Assembly (NCBI GenBank): GCA_050118535.1 | Contig: JASFKR010000005.1 | Span: forward strand, 5,199-69,198 | Direction: 5' to 3' | DNA: 64,000 nt | Origin: Myxococcales bacterium | Lineage (GTDB): Bacteria > Myxococcota_A > Polyangia > Polyangiales > JAFGIB01 | Shown here: positions 9,768 to 20,865 of the stretch, one piece after another | Numbering within the stretch: the stretch's first letter is position 1 | How the letters are laid out: each line of letters opens with the position of its first letter | Program-made: the position numbers and the translations under genes | The notes under the pieces: generated by a model | The model's input: the letters and a program-made list of their open reading frames with translations, nothing else | Told to the model about the DNA's origin: nothing | Database searches by the model: none

Positions 9768-11185
9768 CAGGTCTCAAGAACACCAAGATCCTCGCAACGC
9801 TCGGGCCGGCCACCGCCTCGGTGGAGCAAATCCGCGCCCTGATCCGCGCGGGCGCCGACGCCTTCCGGATCAACTTCTCCCACGGCGACGGCCCCACCCA
9901 GCAGCCGCTGATCGATGCGGCGCGCGCGGCGGCCAGCGCGGAGGGGCGGCACATCACGCTCCTGGCCGACATCCAGGGTCCCAAGCTGCGCATCGGGAAG
10001 CTGCCCTCCCAGGGGGTGATGCTCGAGGAGGACGCGGGCTTCACGCTGACCACGCGGCAGGTGGAGGGTGACGCCACCATCGTGCACACGCCCTATCGGT
10101 TTCTGACGCAGGATCTGGAGGCCGGCGCGCGGGTGCTCTTCGCCGATGGAACCATCGAGCTGCGGGTGGAGCGCATCGAGGGCGAGGACGTGCACTGCAA
10201 GGTGCTGGTCGGCGGCCGGCTGTACTCGCGCAAGGGACTCAACCTGCCCGGGCGCCCCCTCACCGTCGAGACCCTCACCGAGAAGGATCTGCGAGACCTG
10301 GCCTACATCGCCGACGCGGACGTGGACATCGTGGCCGTGTCCTTCGTGCGCTCACCGGCGGACCTGGAGCAGGCACGCGCCCTGGTCGGCAAGCGCAAGG
10401 TGCCCGTGATGGCAAAGCTGGAGCGACCCGAGGCACTGCTCGAGCTCGACGCGATCCTGGACACCTCCGACGGCGTCATGGTGGCCCGCGGCGACCTGGG
10501 CGTGGAGCTGCCCTTCGAGCGGGTGCCGCTGCTCCAGAAGAAGATCCTCGAGCGCGCCGCCCAGCGGGGCAAATGGGCGATCGTGGCCACGCAGCTGCTG
10601 GGCTCGATGACCACCGCCCCGCGCCCGACCCGCGCCGAGGCCTCGGACGTGGTCAACGCCGTGCTGGACGGCGCCGACGCGGTCATGCTCTCGGAAGAGA
10701 CCGCCGTGGGCGAGCACCCGGTGGAGGCGGTGCGGGCCATGGCCGCCCTCACCCGCGGCGGCGAGGGCTACCTGAGCGAGGGGCCGCAAGAGCCGGTCGC
10801 ATCCGACATCGTGAGCTTTGCTGCCGGAGCGGCTGGCGCGGCCGTGGCTGCCGCCGAGCGCCTCAAGGCCCGCGCGCTGGTGACCCTGGCCGGCTCGGGT
10901 CTGACGGCGCTGGCCATCTCCAAGCAGCGCCCGCGCATCCCCATCATCGCCCTGGGCTCCTGGCAGCCCACCCTCAACCGGCTCAACATCCTGCGCGGCG
11001 TCGTCCCGGTCGCGATCGAAAATCGCACCGAGCTCGAGGAGCAGCTGCTGGTCGCCGACCGCTGCCTGCTGCAGGCCGGCTGGGCCCAGCCCGGCGACAC
11101 CGTCGTCATGGCCGCGGCGGTGCCACTCGGGACAGGCAAGGAAACCAACACCATCCGGTTCCACCACGTCCGCGACCTGGGGTGA
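9764..11185 (+). CDS. pyk: Pyruvate kinase
   Basis: 473 aa. TKILATLGPAT, FRINFSHG, MAKLERPEA, MVARGDLGVE, VATQLLGSM. ATGA overlap with the symporter stop. Confidence 0.92.
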   Translation: MTGLKNTKILATLGPATASVEQIRALIRAGADAFRINFSHGDGPTQQPLIDAARAAASAEGRHITLLADIQGPKLRIGKLPSQGVMLEEDAGFTLTTRQVEGDATIVHTPYRFLTQDLEAGARVLFADGTIELRVERIEGEDVHCKVLVGGRLYSRKGLNLPGRPLTVETLTEKDLRDLAYIADADVDIVAVSFVRSPADLEQARALVGKRKVPVMAKLERPEALLELDAILDTSDGVMVARGDLGVELPFERVPLLQKKILERAAQRGKWAIVATQLLGSMTTAPRPTRAEASDVVNAVLDGADAVMLSEETAVGEHPVEAVRAMAALTRGGEGYLSEGPQEPVASDIVSFAAGAAGAAVAAAERLKARALVTLAGSGLTALAISKQRPRIPIIALGSWQPTLNRLNILRGVVPVAIENRTELEEQLLVADRCLLQAGWAQPGDTVVMAAAVPLGTGKETNTIRFHHVRDLG

Positions 11186-11230
11186 GGGGGGCGCGGACGA
11201 GCCAGGACGCACGAGCCAGGGGACGAGCGA

Positions 11231-11293
11231 GGGGACGGATCTCAGTAGCTCAGTGTAACTCAGAGAGTTACTGAGTTACTGAGATCCGTCCCC
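11231..11293. terminator. Perfect 17-bp inverted repeat (GGGGACGGATCTCAGTA ... TACTGAGATCCGTCCCC) with nested CTCAGT/ACTGAG repeats; probable bidirectional terminator
   Basis: Read directly from the sequence. It lies between convergent pyk (+) and the propeller lipoprotein gene (-) and is locally AT-richer than the surroundings. It is preceded (11190-11240) by a GAC-phased hexamer tract. Confidence 0.5.
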
Positions 11294-11399
11294 CCTATCT
11301 GCGTGCACGATGGATGTTTGCCACCGCCACGCCCGACGAGCATGCTGCGATTCACGGGCGGTCGGGTGGGGGTGTGGGAGGGGCGGAGGGCTGGCTCAA

Positions 11400-12878
<1,479 letters not shown>

Positions 12879-13060
12879 CTCACCCTTTCAGCCCGCCGTC
12901 CCGGGCAGACTCTCCATGTATCCGACCTCGAAAGAGATTCAAACCCCTGGTGCACCCGTAGAAGGCCCGCATTGACTGAATCCGCCAGCGCTGGCGCGGT
13001 CGGTGATCTGGTGCGCGCACATCTGCGCACTTCCATGCCCGAAAGCCCGCGACCGGGATC

Positions 13061-13100
13061 GGGCGCGGGCAGGGGCAGGGGCAGGGGCAGGGGCACGGGG
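13061..13100 (+). repeat. (GGCAGG)n G-run tract, G-quadruplex-type motif
   Basis: gggcgcgggcaGGGGcaGGGGcaGGGGcaGGGGcacGGGG. It lies in the 244-bp spacer between the ftsZ stop and the propeller lipoprotein start. Confidence 0.7.
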
Positions 13101-13122
13101 AGCCCTTGCCTGCTGGCGACGA

Positions 13123-14412
13123 CTAGCTGCGGGAGCGCCGGATGTACGCCGGGATGTCCAGCGTGGCCTCGTCGTGCATGGCGCCGGCGCCGAAGGCGCG
13201 CGAGGGGCGCGGCTCGGGGGCCTGCGTCTGCGCCGGCGGGACCTCCACCGAACGGCGCTGGGGCTGGGCGATCACGTCGCGGCGCGCGATGCGGGGCGCG
13301 CTGGACTGGGGCGGCGGCGCCGAGCCGCCGCGGGCCAGGGCCTGCTGCGAGGCGCTGCGCACCGCGGGCGCGACCATCCCGCTGGCGGTGCCGGCGGGCA
13401 TGCTCGACTGGCGCACGCGCGACAGGGGCCCGTCGGCGCTGGCAGGCTGCATGTCGAAGCCGGTGGCTATGACCGTGACCTTGACCACGTCGGCCATGTC
13501 GGGGTCGGTGACCAGGCCGAAGATGATGTTGGCGTCCTCGTGGGCCGCCTCCTGGATCAGGCTGGCGGCCTTGCTGATCTCGCGCGCCTTGATGTCGGGG
13601 CCCGCGGTGAAGTTGATCAGGATGCCGGTGGCGCCCTCGACCGAGATGTCGTCGAGCAGCGGCGAGTTGATCGCCACCTCGGCGGCCTCCAGCGCGCGGC
13701 TGTCGCCGCGGCCGTAGCCGGTGCCCATCAAGGCGCGGCCGGTGCAGCTCATGATCGTCTTCACGTCGGCGAAGTCCACGTTGATGGTGCCGGTGTGGAC
13801 GATCAGGTCGCTGATACCGCGCACGGCCTGCACCAGGACGTCGTCAGCGCGGCGGAAGGCGTCCAGCATCGACATGTCGTCGTCGGCCATGTCGAGGAGC
13901 TTCTCGTTGGGGATGGTGATGATCGTGTCGACCGACTCGGACAGCTCCTCGAGCCCCGAGAAGGCGTTGTTCATGCGCTTCTTGCCCTCGAACATGAAGG
14001 GCTTGGTCACGACCGCCACCGTCAGGGCGCCCTGATCGCGCGCAATCTGCGAGATGATCGGCGCGGCGCCGGTGCCGGTGCCGCCGCCCATGCCCGCGGT
14101 CACGAAGACCATGTCCGCGCCCTGCAGGTTCTCGGCGATGCGCTGCACGTCCTCGAGGGCGGCCTTGCGACCCACCTCGGGTTGCGCGCCGGCGCCCAGG
14201 CCCCGCGTCAGGCCGGAACCGAGCTGGATCTTCTCGGCGGCCAGGTTCTCGGAAAGGGCCTGCGTGTCGGTGTTGGCCGCGATGAACTCGACCCCCTCGA
14301 GGCCGGCCTCGATCATCGTGTTGAGGGCGTTGCCTCCGCCCCCGCCGACTCCGACAACCTTGATCTTGGCTTGCAGATCCGCGTCTTCAGCGAACTCGAT
14401 CGAAATTCCCAT
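13123..14412 (-). CDS. ftsZ: Cell division protein FtsZ
   Basis: VVGVGGGGGNALNTM tubulin signature, NTDTQAL, and the conserved C-terminal peptide LDIPAYIRR. Confidence 0.96.
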   Translation of the reverse strand: MGISIEFAEDADLQAKIKVVGVGGGGGNALNTMIEAGLEGVEFIAANTDTQALSENLAAEKIQLGSGLTRGLGAGAQPEVGRKAALEDVQRIAENLQGADMVFVTAGMGGGTGTGAAPIISQIARDQGALTVAVVTKPFMFEGKKRMNNAFSGLEELSESVDTIITIPNEKLLDMADDDMSMLDAFRRADDVLVQAVRGISDLIVHTGTINVDFADVKTIMSCTGRALMGTGYGRGDSRALEAAEVAINSPLLDDISVEGATGILINFTAGPDIKAREISKAASLIQEAAHEDANIIFGLVTDPDMADVVKVTVIATGFDMQPASADGPLSRVRQSSMPAGTASGMVAPAVRSASQQALARGGSAPPPQSSAPRIARRDVIAQPQRRSVEVPPAQTQAPEPRPSRAFGAGAMHDEATLDIPAYIRRSRS

Positions 14413-14493
14413 CGCCTGCCTCGTCTCTCTTTTCTTCTCCGCAGCGAGGACGCCCCCTCACGACGGAGATACTGGGTGGCAACGCCACCGGAT

Positions 14494-15723
<1,230 letters not shown>

Positions 15724-15819
15724 TGGCCTCGTTCGCTCCTCGGGCTCATGCCCTACTGGAGAGATACACAGGCCCCCGCGGCGTCCCAAAAAACTTGCGA
15801 ATTCATGTGGGTGCGGCGC

Positions 15820-16701
15820 TCACCGCAGGCGCACGGTGACCCGGTCGGGGCGCCGGACGTTGTCCAGGTAGACGTAGGCGGGGCGACTGTCCTGGTCCCG
15901 CAATTCGTCCAAAATCCCCCGTAATCTGCGCAATTTCCGCCGGAAGGGCCGATCGCCGAGGCGTACGAGGGTGGGCTCTGCGCCGATGTAGAGGCTGAAT
16001 CCGCCGCCGATCTCGACGTGAATTTCGGAGACCGGCTCGCGCCGCCACAGGCCCACGTCGCGGTAGTCGTGCAGCAAGGCCACGGCGTTGACCAGCAGGG
16101 ACTTGCGCAGGGCCAGATCGCTCCGGAAGCGCTCGGGGTCGACACCGGTAATGACGGGCAGGTCGGCCGGGTCGCCGTGCTCGAGGGGCTTGAAGACGGT
16201 GCCGTCGTCGCCCACCAGGTAGGGTCGCTCCAGCACCAGCACCGCCGCGGGCGTGCGCTCGCGCAGCTCGATCCGGTAGTGGCCGGGCAGCCTGCGGACG
16301 ACCGTGGCCTCGGCGACCCAGGGGTGCTCGAGCAGGAGCGCGCGGGCCTCCTCGGGGCTGACCTCGAAGACATTCTGCCCCAACGACAGCCCGGCCTGGG
16401 CCACGACCTGGTCGCGCTGCAGGCGCTCGGCGCCCTCGACCTCGATTTCGGTGGTCTCGAAGGCCGCGGCCGTGCGCACGTGCTGCTCGAGGAGCCGGCC
16501 CGCAGCGACCGCGCCCGCCGCCACCGCGGCCAGCACGATCAGCCGGCCGGTCCAGACGAAGACCGGCGTGTAGCGGGCCATGCGGGCACGCAGCAGCTCC
16601 CAGCGCACCCGCAGCCGGATGCCCTGCTTGCGGGCCGCCTGCTCCGTCGCCTCGCCTTCTGCCGGGCGGCTGCGCCTTCGGTTTCTACGGGGTCGCGCCA
16701 T
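15820..16701 (-). CDS. ftsQ: Cell division protein FtsQ
   Basis: Basic N-tail, single TM (VFVWTGRLIVLAAVAAGAVAA), POTRA-like FETTEIEVEGAERL. It sits at the ftsQ position between murC and ftsA and overlaps the murC 3' end by 17 nt. Confidence 0.8.
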   Translation of the reverse strand: MARPRRNRRRSRPAEGEATEQAARKQGIRLRVRWELLRARMARYTPVFVWTGRLIVLAAVAAGAVAAGRLLEQHVRTAAAFETTEIEVEGAERLQRDQVVAQAGLSLGQNVFEVSPEEARALLLEHPWVAEATVVRRLPGHYRIELRERTPAAVLVLERPYLVGDDGTVFKPLEHGDPADLPVITGVDPERFRSDLALRKSLLVNAVALLHDYRDVGLWRREPVSEIHVEIGGGFSLYIGAEPTLVRLGDRPFRRKLRRLRGILDELRDQDSRPAYVYLDNVRRPDRVTVRLR

Positions 16702-18085
16702 CGTCGGGGGAACGCTTCGCGAGGGCCCCGATCAGGTCGGGTCCGACGCGCGTGATGCTTCCGGCCCCCAGGGTAATGACGATGTCGCCCGAACGTGACC
16801 TTTTGAGCAATTCCGCCACCAGCTGGCCCTGTTCGGGGACGTGGGTGACGTCGCGGTGGCCGTGGGCGCGGATGGCCTCCACCAGGCTGGCCGAGTCCGC
16901 GCCCTCGATGGGCTTCTCGCCGGCCGGGTAGACGTCGGTGACGAGCAGCGCGTCGGCGCGATTGAAGGCGCGCGTGAGCTCGTCGAAGAGGTCGCGCGTG
17001 CGGGTGTAGCGGTGCGGCTGGAACGCCACGACGATGCGGCGGCCGTAGGCCCGCTGGGCCGCCTCCAGGGTGACTTCCACCTCGGCCGGGTGGTGGCCGT
17101 AGTCGTCGACCACGGTGATGCCGCCAGCCTCGCCCAGCACGGTGAAGCGCCGGTGGACGCCCTCGAAGCTGGCGAGCGACTCGCGGATGGTGGAGAGGGG
17201 CACCCCGAGCTCGTCGGCGACGGCGATGGTGGCCAGGGCGTTGAGCACGTTGTGGACACCCGGCATGCGCACCCGGCAGCGGCCCTCGGACTGGCCGCGG
17301 CGCAGCAGCTCGAAGCTGGTGGACAGGCCCTCGGTGCGCAGCTCGCGCGCGCAGTAGTCGGCCTGCGCGGCCAGCCCGTAGGTGGCCACGCGCTTGTCGA
17401 TGCGCGGGAGGATGTCCTGCACGTCGGGGTGGTCGAGGCACGCCACCACCAGCCCGTAGAAGGGCACGCGGTTGGCGAACTCCACGAAGGCCTGCTTGAC
17501 CCCCTCGTGATCGCCGTAGTGATCCAGGTGCTCCGGGTCGATGTTGGTGACCACGCTGATCACCGGCGTCAGGTGCAGAAAGGAGCCGTCCGACTCGTCG
17601 GCCTCGGCCACCAGCAGCTCACCCTCGCCGCGGGCACCGCCGGTGCCGAGCACGTTGAGCTTGCCCCCGATGATGACCGTCGGGTCGAGCTCCGCCGCCC
17701 GCAGCACGGTGGCGACCAGCGAGGTGGTGGTGGTCTTGCCGTGGCTGCCCGCGATGGCGATGCCGTCCTGCAGCCGCATCAGCTCGGCCAACATCTCGGC
17801 GCGGGGGATCACGGGCACGCCGCGCATCCGCGCCTCCACCAGCTCCGGGTTGTCGCGGGACACCGCCGAGGAGAAGACCACCACGTTGGCCCCCTCCACG
17901 TGCTCGGGGCGATGGCCCTGCCGCACGCGCGCGCCCAGCCCCTCGAGCCGCTCCACGGTCTCGCCCCGGGACAGGTCCGACCCGGTCACCTCGAAGCCGT
18001 GGGCCAGCAGCACCTCGGCGATACCGCTCATGCCGATTCCGCCGATCCCGACGAAGTGAATGGACCGGATCCGTCCGCGAAACAT
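16685..18085 (-). CDS. murC: UDP-N-acetylmuramate--L-alanine ligase
   Basis: HFVGIGGIGMSGIAEVL, GSHGKTTTTS, Mur ligase middle and C-terminal domains. Confidence 0.92.
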   Translation of the reverse strand: MFRGRIRSIHFVGIGGIGMSGIAEVLLAHGFEVTGSDLSRGETVERLEGLGARVRQGHRPEHVEGANVVVFSSAVSRDNPELVEARMRGVPVIPRAEMLAELMRLQDGIAIAGSHGKTTTTSLVATVLRAAELDPTVIIGGKLNVLGTGGARGEGELLVAEADESDGSFLHLTPVISVVTNIDPEHLDHYGDHEGVKQAFVEFANRVPFYGLVVACLDHPDVQDILPRIDKRVATYGLAAQADYCARELRTEGLSTSFELLRRGQSEGRCRVRMPGVHNVLNALATIAVADELGVPLSTIRESLASFEGVHRRFTVLGEAGGITVVDDYGHHPAEVEVTLEAAQRAYGRRIVVAFQPHRYTRTRDLFDELTRAFNRADALLVTDVYPAGEKPIEGADSASLVEAIRAHGHRDVTHVPEQGQLVAELLKRSRSGDIVITLGAGSITRVGPDLIGALAKRSPDDGATP

Positions 18086-18129
18086 GACGCCCTGTTTACA
18101 CCGACGATTGCATCACAACCACCCCTGGC

Positions 18130-18182
18130 CCCCTGCCCCTGCCCCTGCCCGCTCTCGACGCGGGCAAGGGCAGGGGCAGGGG
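18130..18182. repeat. 21-bp stem / 11-nt loop hairpin built from CCCCTG / GGCAGG hexamers, in the murG-murC spacer
   Basis: cccctgcccctgcccctgccc (18130-18150), loop gctctcgacgc, gggcaagggcaggggcagggg (18162-18182). One C.A mismatch. It ends 5 nt from the murG stop codon. Confidence 0.75.
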
Positions 18183-18187
18183 CACGT

Positions 18188-19480
18188 TCAGGGCGTCATC
18201 TGCACACGCGGCTCCGTCGGTTGCTCCAGAGGCGTGAGCCGCAGCTCGCGGCGCTTGACCCGCGCCCGCCGGCGCACCGGCACCACCGAGAGCGTCCCCA
18301 TGGCCGCCGCCGAGGGGCCGTGTCCCGTCGCCGCCTCGCCCAGGTCGTCGCCCTCGTCGGAGGCCGGGGCCGATGGCGCCGAGACGCCGAGCCAGCCGAA
18401 GAGATCGTCGACGATGGCGGCGGCGGCCTCCGGGCGACCGCGTCGGCGCGCGGCCTCGGCCATCCGCCGGCGCAGGTCGGTGTCGGTGAGCATCGTGCGG
18501 GCATGTTCCGCCAGCACGTCCACGGTCAGGTCCTCCTCCCGGATGGCCACGGCGGCGCCCGCACCCTCGAGGGCCAGGGCGTTCATGGCCTGGTGGTCCT
18601 GGGCGGCGTGGGGATAGGGCACCAGGATGCTGGGACGGCCCACGGCGCACAGCTCGGCCAGGGTGGTGGCGCCCGCTCGCGCGATCACCATCGAGGCGTT
18701 GGTGTAGGCGCGCGCCATGTCCTCGATGAAGGGCACCACGTCGGCCTTCAGGCCCAGGTCGCGGTAGCGCCGGTCCACCTCCTCGACCATCGACGGCCCC
18801 GTCTGGTGGACGATGCGGATGTCCATGGCCCCGACGCCGGCACGCCACAGGCCCTCTGGAACCTGCTGGTTGAGCGTGCGGGCGCCCTGGGATCCGCCGA
18901 GCACCAGCACCGTGCGCGAGCGCGCCTCGACGCCGGCCGGGTCGTGGCCGGCCATGCGCGCGGCGTCGACGAACGCGCGCCGCACGGGGTTGCCGAGCAC
19001 GCGCGCGCGCTCGTGGCCAAACTGCCCGGCGGTCTCCTCGAAGGTCAGGTAGGCGCGCCCCACGGTGCGCTTGAGCAGGCGGTTGGTCAGCCCCACGTGG
19101 GCGTTTTGCTCCAGCAGCGCGCACGGCACGCGCAGCGCGGAGGCGGCGAGCAGCACGGGGCCGGCGGCGTAGCCCCCGAGACCGATCGCCAGATCCGGAC
19201 GGAAGCTGCGCACGGTGGACAGGGCGTGGACCCCCGAGCGCGGCAACGACAGCACGTTGCGGGTGAGCTGCAGCGGGCTGCGTCCCATCAGTGGCTTGAC
19301 GTCGACCGCGCTGAAGCGCTCGCCGAGCCTGGGCAGCACGCGCGCCTCGATCCCCCGCTCGGTGCCCACGAAGAGCACGTCCAGATCCGGCAGCCTGCGC
19401 CGCATCTCCTCGACCACGGCGATGCCGGGGAAGAGATGGCCGCCGGTGCCACCACCCGCCACGAGTACCCTGCGAATCAT
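18188..19480 (-). CDS. murG: Lipid II glycosyltransferase MurG with a roughly 65-aa C-terminal extension
   Basis: ORF 18188..20188. ATG at 19480 gives MIRRVLVAGGGTGGHLFPGIAV. ATGA overlap with the ftsW stop. After the usual end (AAAAIVDDLFGWLG) the protein continues with a Pro/Ala/Arg-rich tail. Confidence 0.9.
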   Translation of the reverse strand: MIRRVLVAGGGTGGHLFPGIAVVEEMRRRLPDLDVLFVGTERGIEARVLPRLGERFSAVDVKPLMGRSPLQLTRNVLSLPRSGVHALSTVRSFRPDLAIGLGGYAAGPVLLAASALRVPCALLEQNAHVGLTNRLLKRTVGRAYLTFEETAGQFGHERARVLGNPVRRAFVDAARMAGHDPAGVEARSRTVLVLGGSQGARTLNQQVPEGLWRAGVGAMDIRIVHQTGPSMVEEVDRRYRDLGLKADVVPFIEDMARAYTNASMVIARAGATTLAELCAVGRPSILVPYPHAAQDHQAMNALALEGAGAAVAIREEDLTVDVLAEHARTMLTDTDLRRRMAEAARRRGRPEAAAAIVDDLFGWLGVSAPSAPASDEGDDLGEAATGHGPSAAAMGTLSVVPVRRRARVKRRELRLTPLEQPTEPRVQMTP

Positions 19481-20865
19481 GTCAGACCTCCCGCCTCGAC
19501 GAGGCGCGCGTTTTCGCGGCCCCGCTTTCGCTTCTTCTTGTCGTACGCCTGCGTGGGAGCGCCCTGCCGGGGGCGCGAAACGTTGAGCAACAGCCCGATG
19601 GCCGCGCAGTTGACGAGCAGCGCGGAGCCGCCGTAGCTGACGAACGGCAGGACCAGCCCCTTGGTGGGCACCAGCCCCACCGCCACCGCCAGGTTGGTGA
19701 AGGCCTGCATGCCCACGAACATGGTGATGCCGACCGCGAGATAGGTGCCGTAGTCGTCGGCCGCCAGGTAGGCAGCGCGCATGCCGCGGGCGACCACGAT
19801 CAGGTAGGCGATCACGAGCAGCGAGAAGCCCATGAAGCCCAGCTCCTCGCCGATGATGGCGCTGATGAAATCGGTGTGCGCCTCGGGCAAAAAGAATAGC
19901 TTCTGGCGGCTGTCGCCAATGCCGACGCCCGTCAGCCCGCCCGAGCCGAAGCTCATCAGCGACTCGGCGATCTGGTAGCCGGCGGTGTAGCGGTGCTCGA
20001 AGGGCGAAAGGAACGCCGTGATGCGCCGCATCCGGTATTCCGATCCGGCCACCAGGTAATACACCACGGGCAGCGCCAGCAGGCCCGCGCCCAGGATGTA
20101 GCCCAGTCGCGCGCCGGCGGTGAACAGCAGGACGAAGGTGATCAGCCCGATCATCACCGCGCTGCCGAAGTCCGGCTGCTTGAGGCACAGCAGCATCAGG
20201 AAGCCGGCCATCAGCACGTGGGGCAGAAAGCCCACCGAGAAGGTCCGGATGCGGTCGGACTTCTTGGACAGGGAGTAGGCCAGCCAGCAGATCATGGCGA
20301 CCTTCGCGATTTCGGCCGGCTGGATGTTGATCGGACCGACCGAAATCCAGCGCGAGGCGCCGCCGGCGCTTCGGCCCAGGCCGAAGGCGGTCAGACCCAG
20401 GAGCAGAGTGGCGAACCCCAGGAAGGGATAGGTGAGCGCGCGCAGCCGGTGGTAGTCGAAGCGCGCCAGGACGATCATGGTGGGCAGCGCGGCGGCCGCG
20501 AAGATGCTCTGGCGAATCAGGAAGTGCTGGCCGTTGTCGTAGCGGCTGTAGGCGAAGACGGCGCTGGCGCTGTAGACCATGACCACGCCCAGCGCCACCA
20601 GCGCCACGATCGTGCCGGTGAGCACGGCGTCGGCGGGGCCGATCACCTTGGGCCAGCTCGGCTGACCGCGGCCGACGTCGGTCCGCACCATGTCGCGCAC
20701 CCGGTCCCGGAACGAGACGCGGGGCGCCTCCGTCTCCTGCTCGGCGCGCGAGCGGCGGTTGCCCGACGCCGAGCTCTTGCCCTTGCCCGCGGCCGGCGCG
20801 CCCTTGCGCCGGGCGGTCTTCTCGGGCGCAGAAGCGCGCCCGCGGATCCGGTCGATCAGTCCCAC
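19477..20865 (-). CDS. ftsW: SEDS-family lipid II polymerase FtsW with basic N-terminal extension
   Basis: GTG start at 20865. About 70 basic residues precede the first TM. SEDS motifs PAEIAKV, LKQPDFGSA, FVSYGGSALL. Confidence 0.85.
   Translation of the reverse strand: MGLIDRIRGRASAPEKTARRKGAPAAGKGKSSASGNRRSRAEQETEAPRVSFRDRVRDMVRTDVGRGQPSWPKVIGPADAVLTGTIVALVALGVVMVYSASAVFAYSRYDNGQHFLIRQSIFAAAALPTMIVLARFDYHRLRALTYPFLGFATLLLGLTAFGLGRSAGGASRWISVGPINIQPAEIAKVAMICWLAYSLSKKSDRIRTFSVGFLPHVLMAGFLMLLCLKQPDFGSAVMIGLITFVLLFTAGARLGYILGAGLLALPVVYYLVAGSEYRMRRITAFLSPFEHRYTAGYQIAESLMSFGSGGLTGVGIGDSRQKLFFLPEAHTDFISAIIGEELGFMGFSLLVIAYLIVVARGMRAAYLAADDYGTYLAVGITMFVGMQAFTNLAVAVGLVPTKGLVLPFVSYGGSALLVNCAAIGLLLNVSRPRQGAPTQAYDKKKRKRGRENARLVEAGGLT

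Noticed and set aside
11231-11293. Inverted repeats at 11231-11293 and 36446-36481 as termini of a MITE or IS element
   Set aside because: Each is a single hairpin between convergent genes, with no target-site duplication, no transposase and no second copy in the window. A terminator is the simpler reading.
16685-16701. Absence of murB and ddl from the dcw cluster as evidence that the organism lacks them
   Set aside because: A single window cannot show absence. These genes are commonly unlinked in some lineages.
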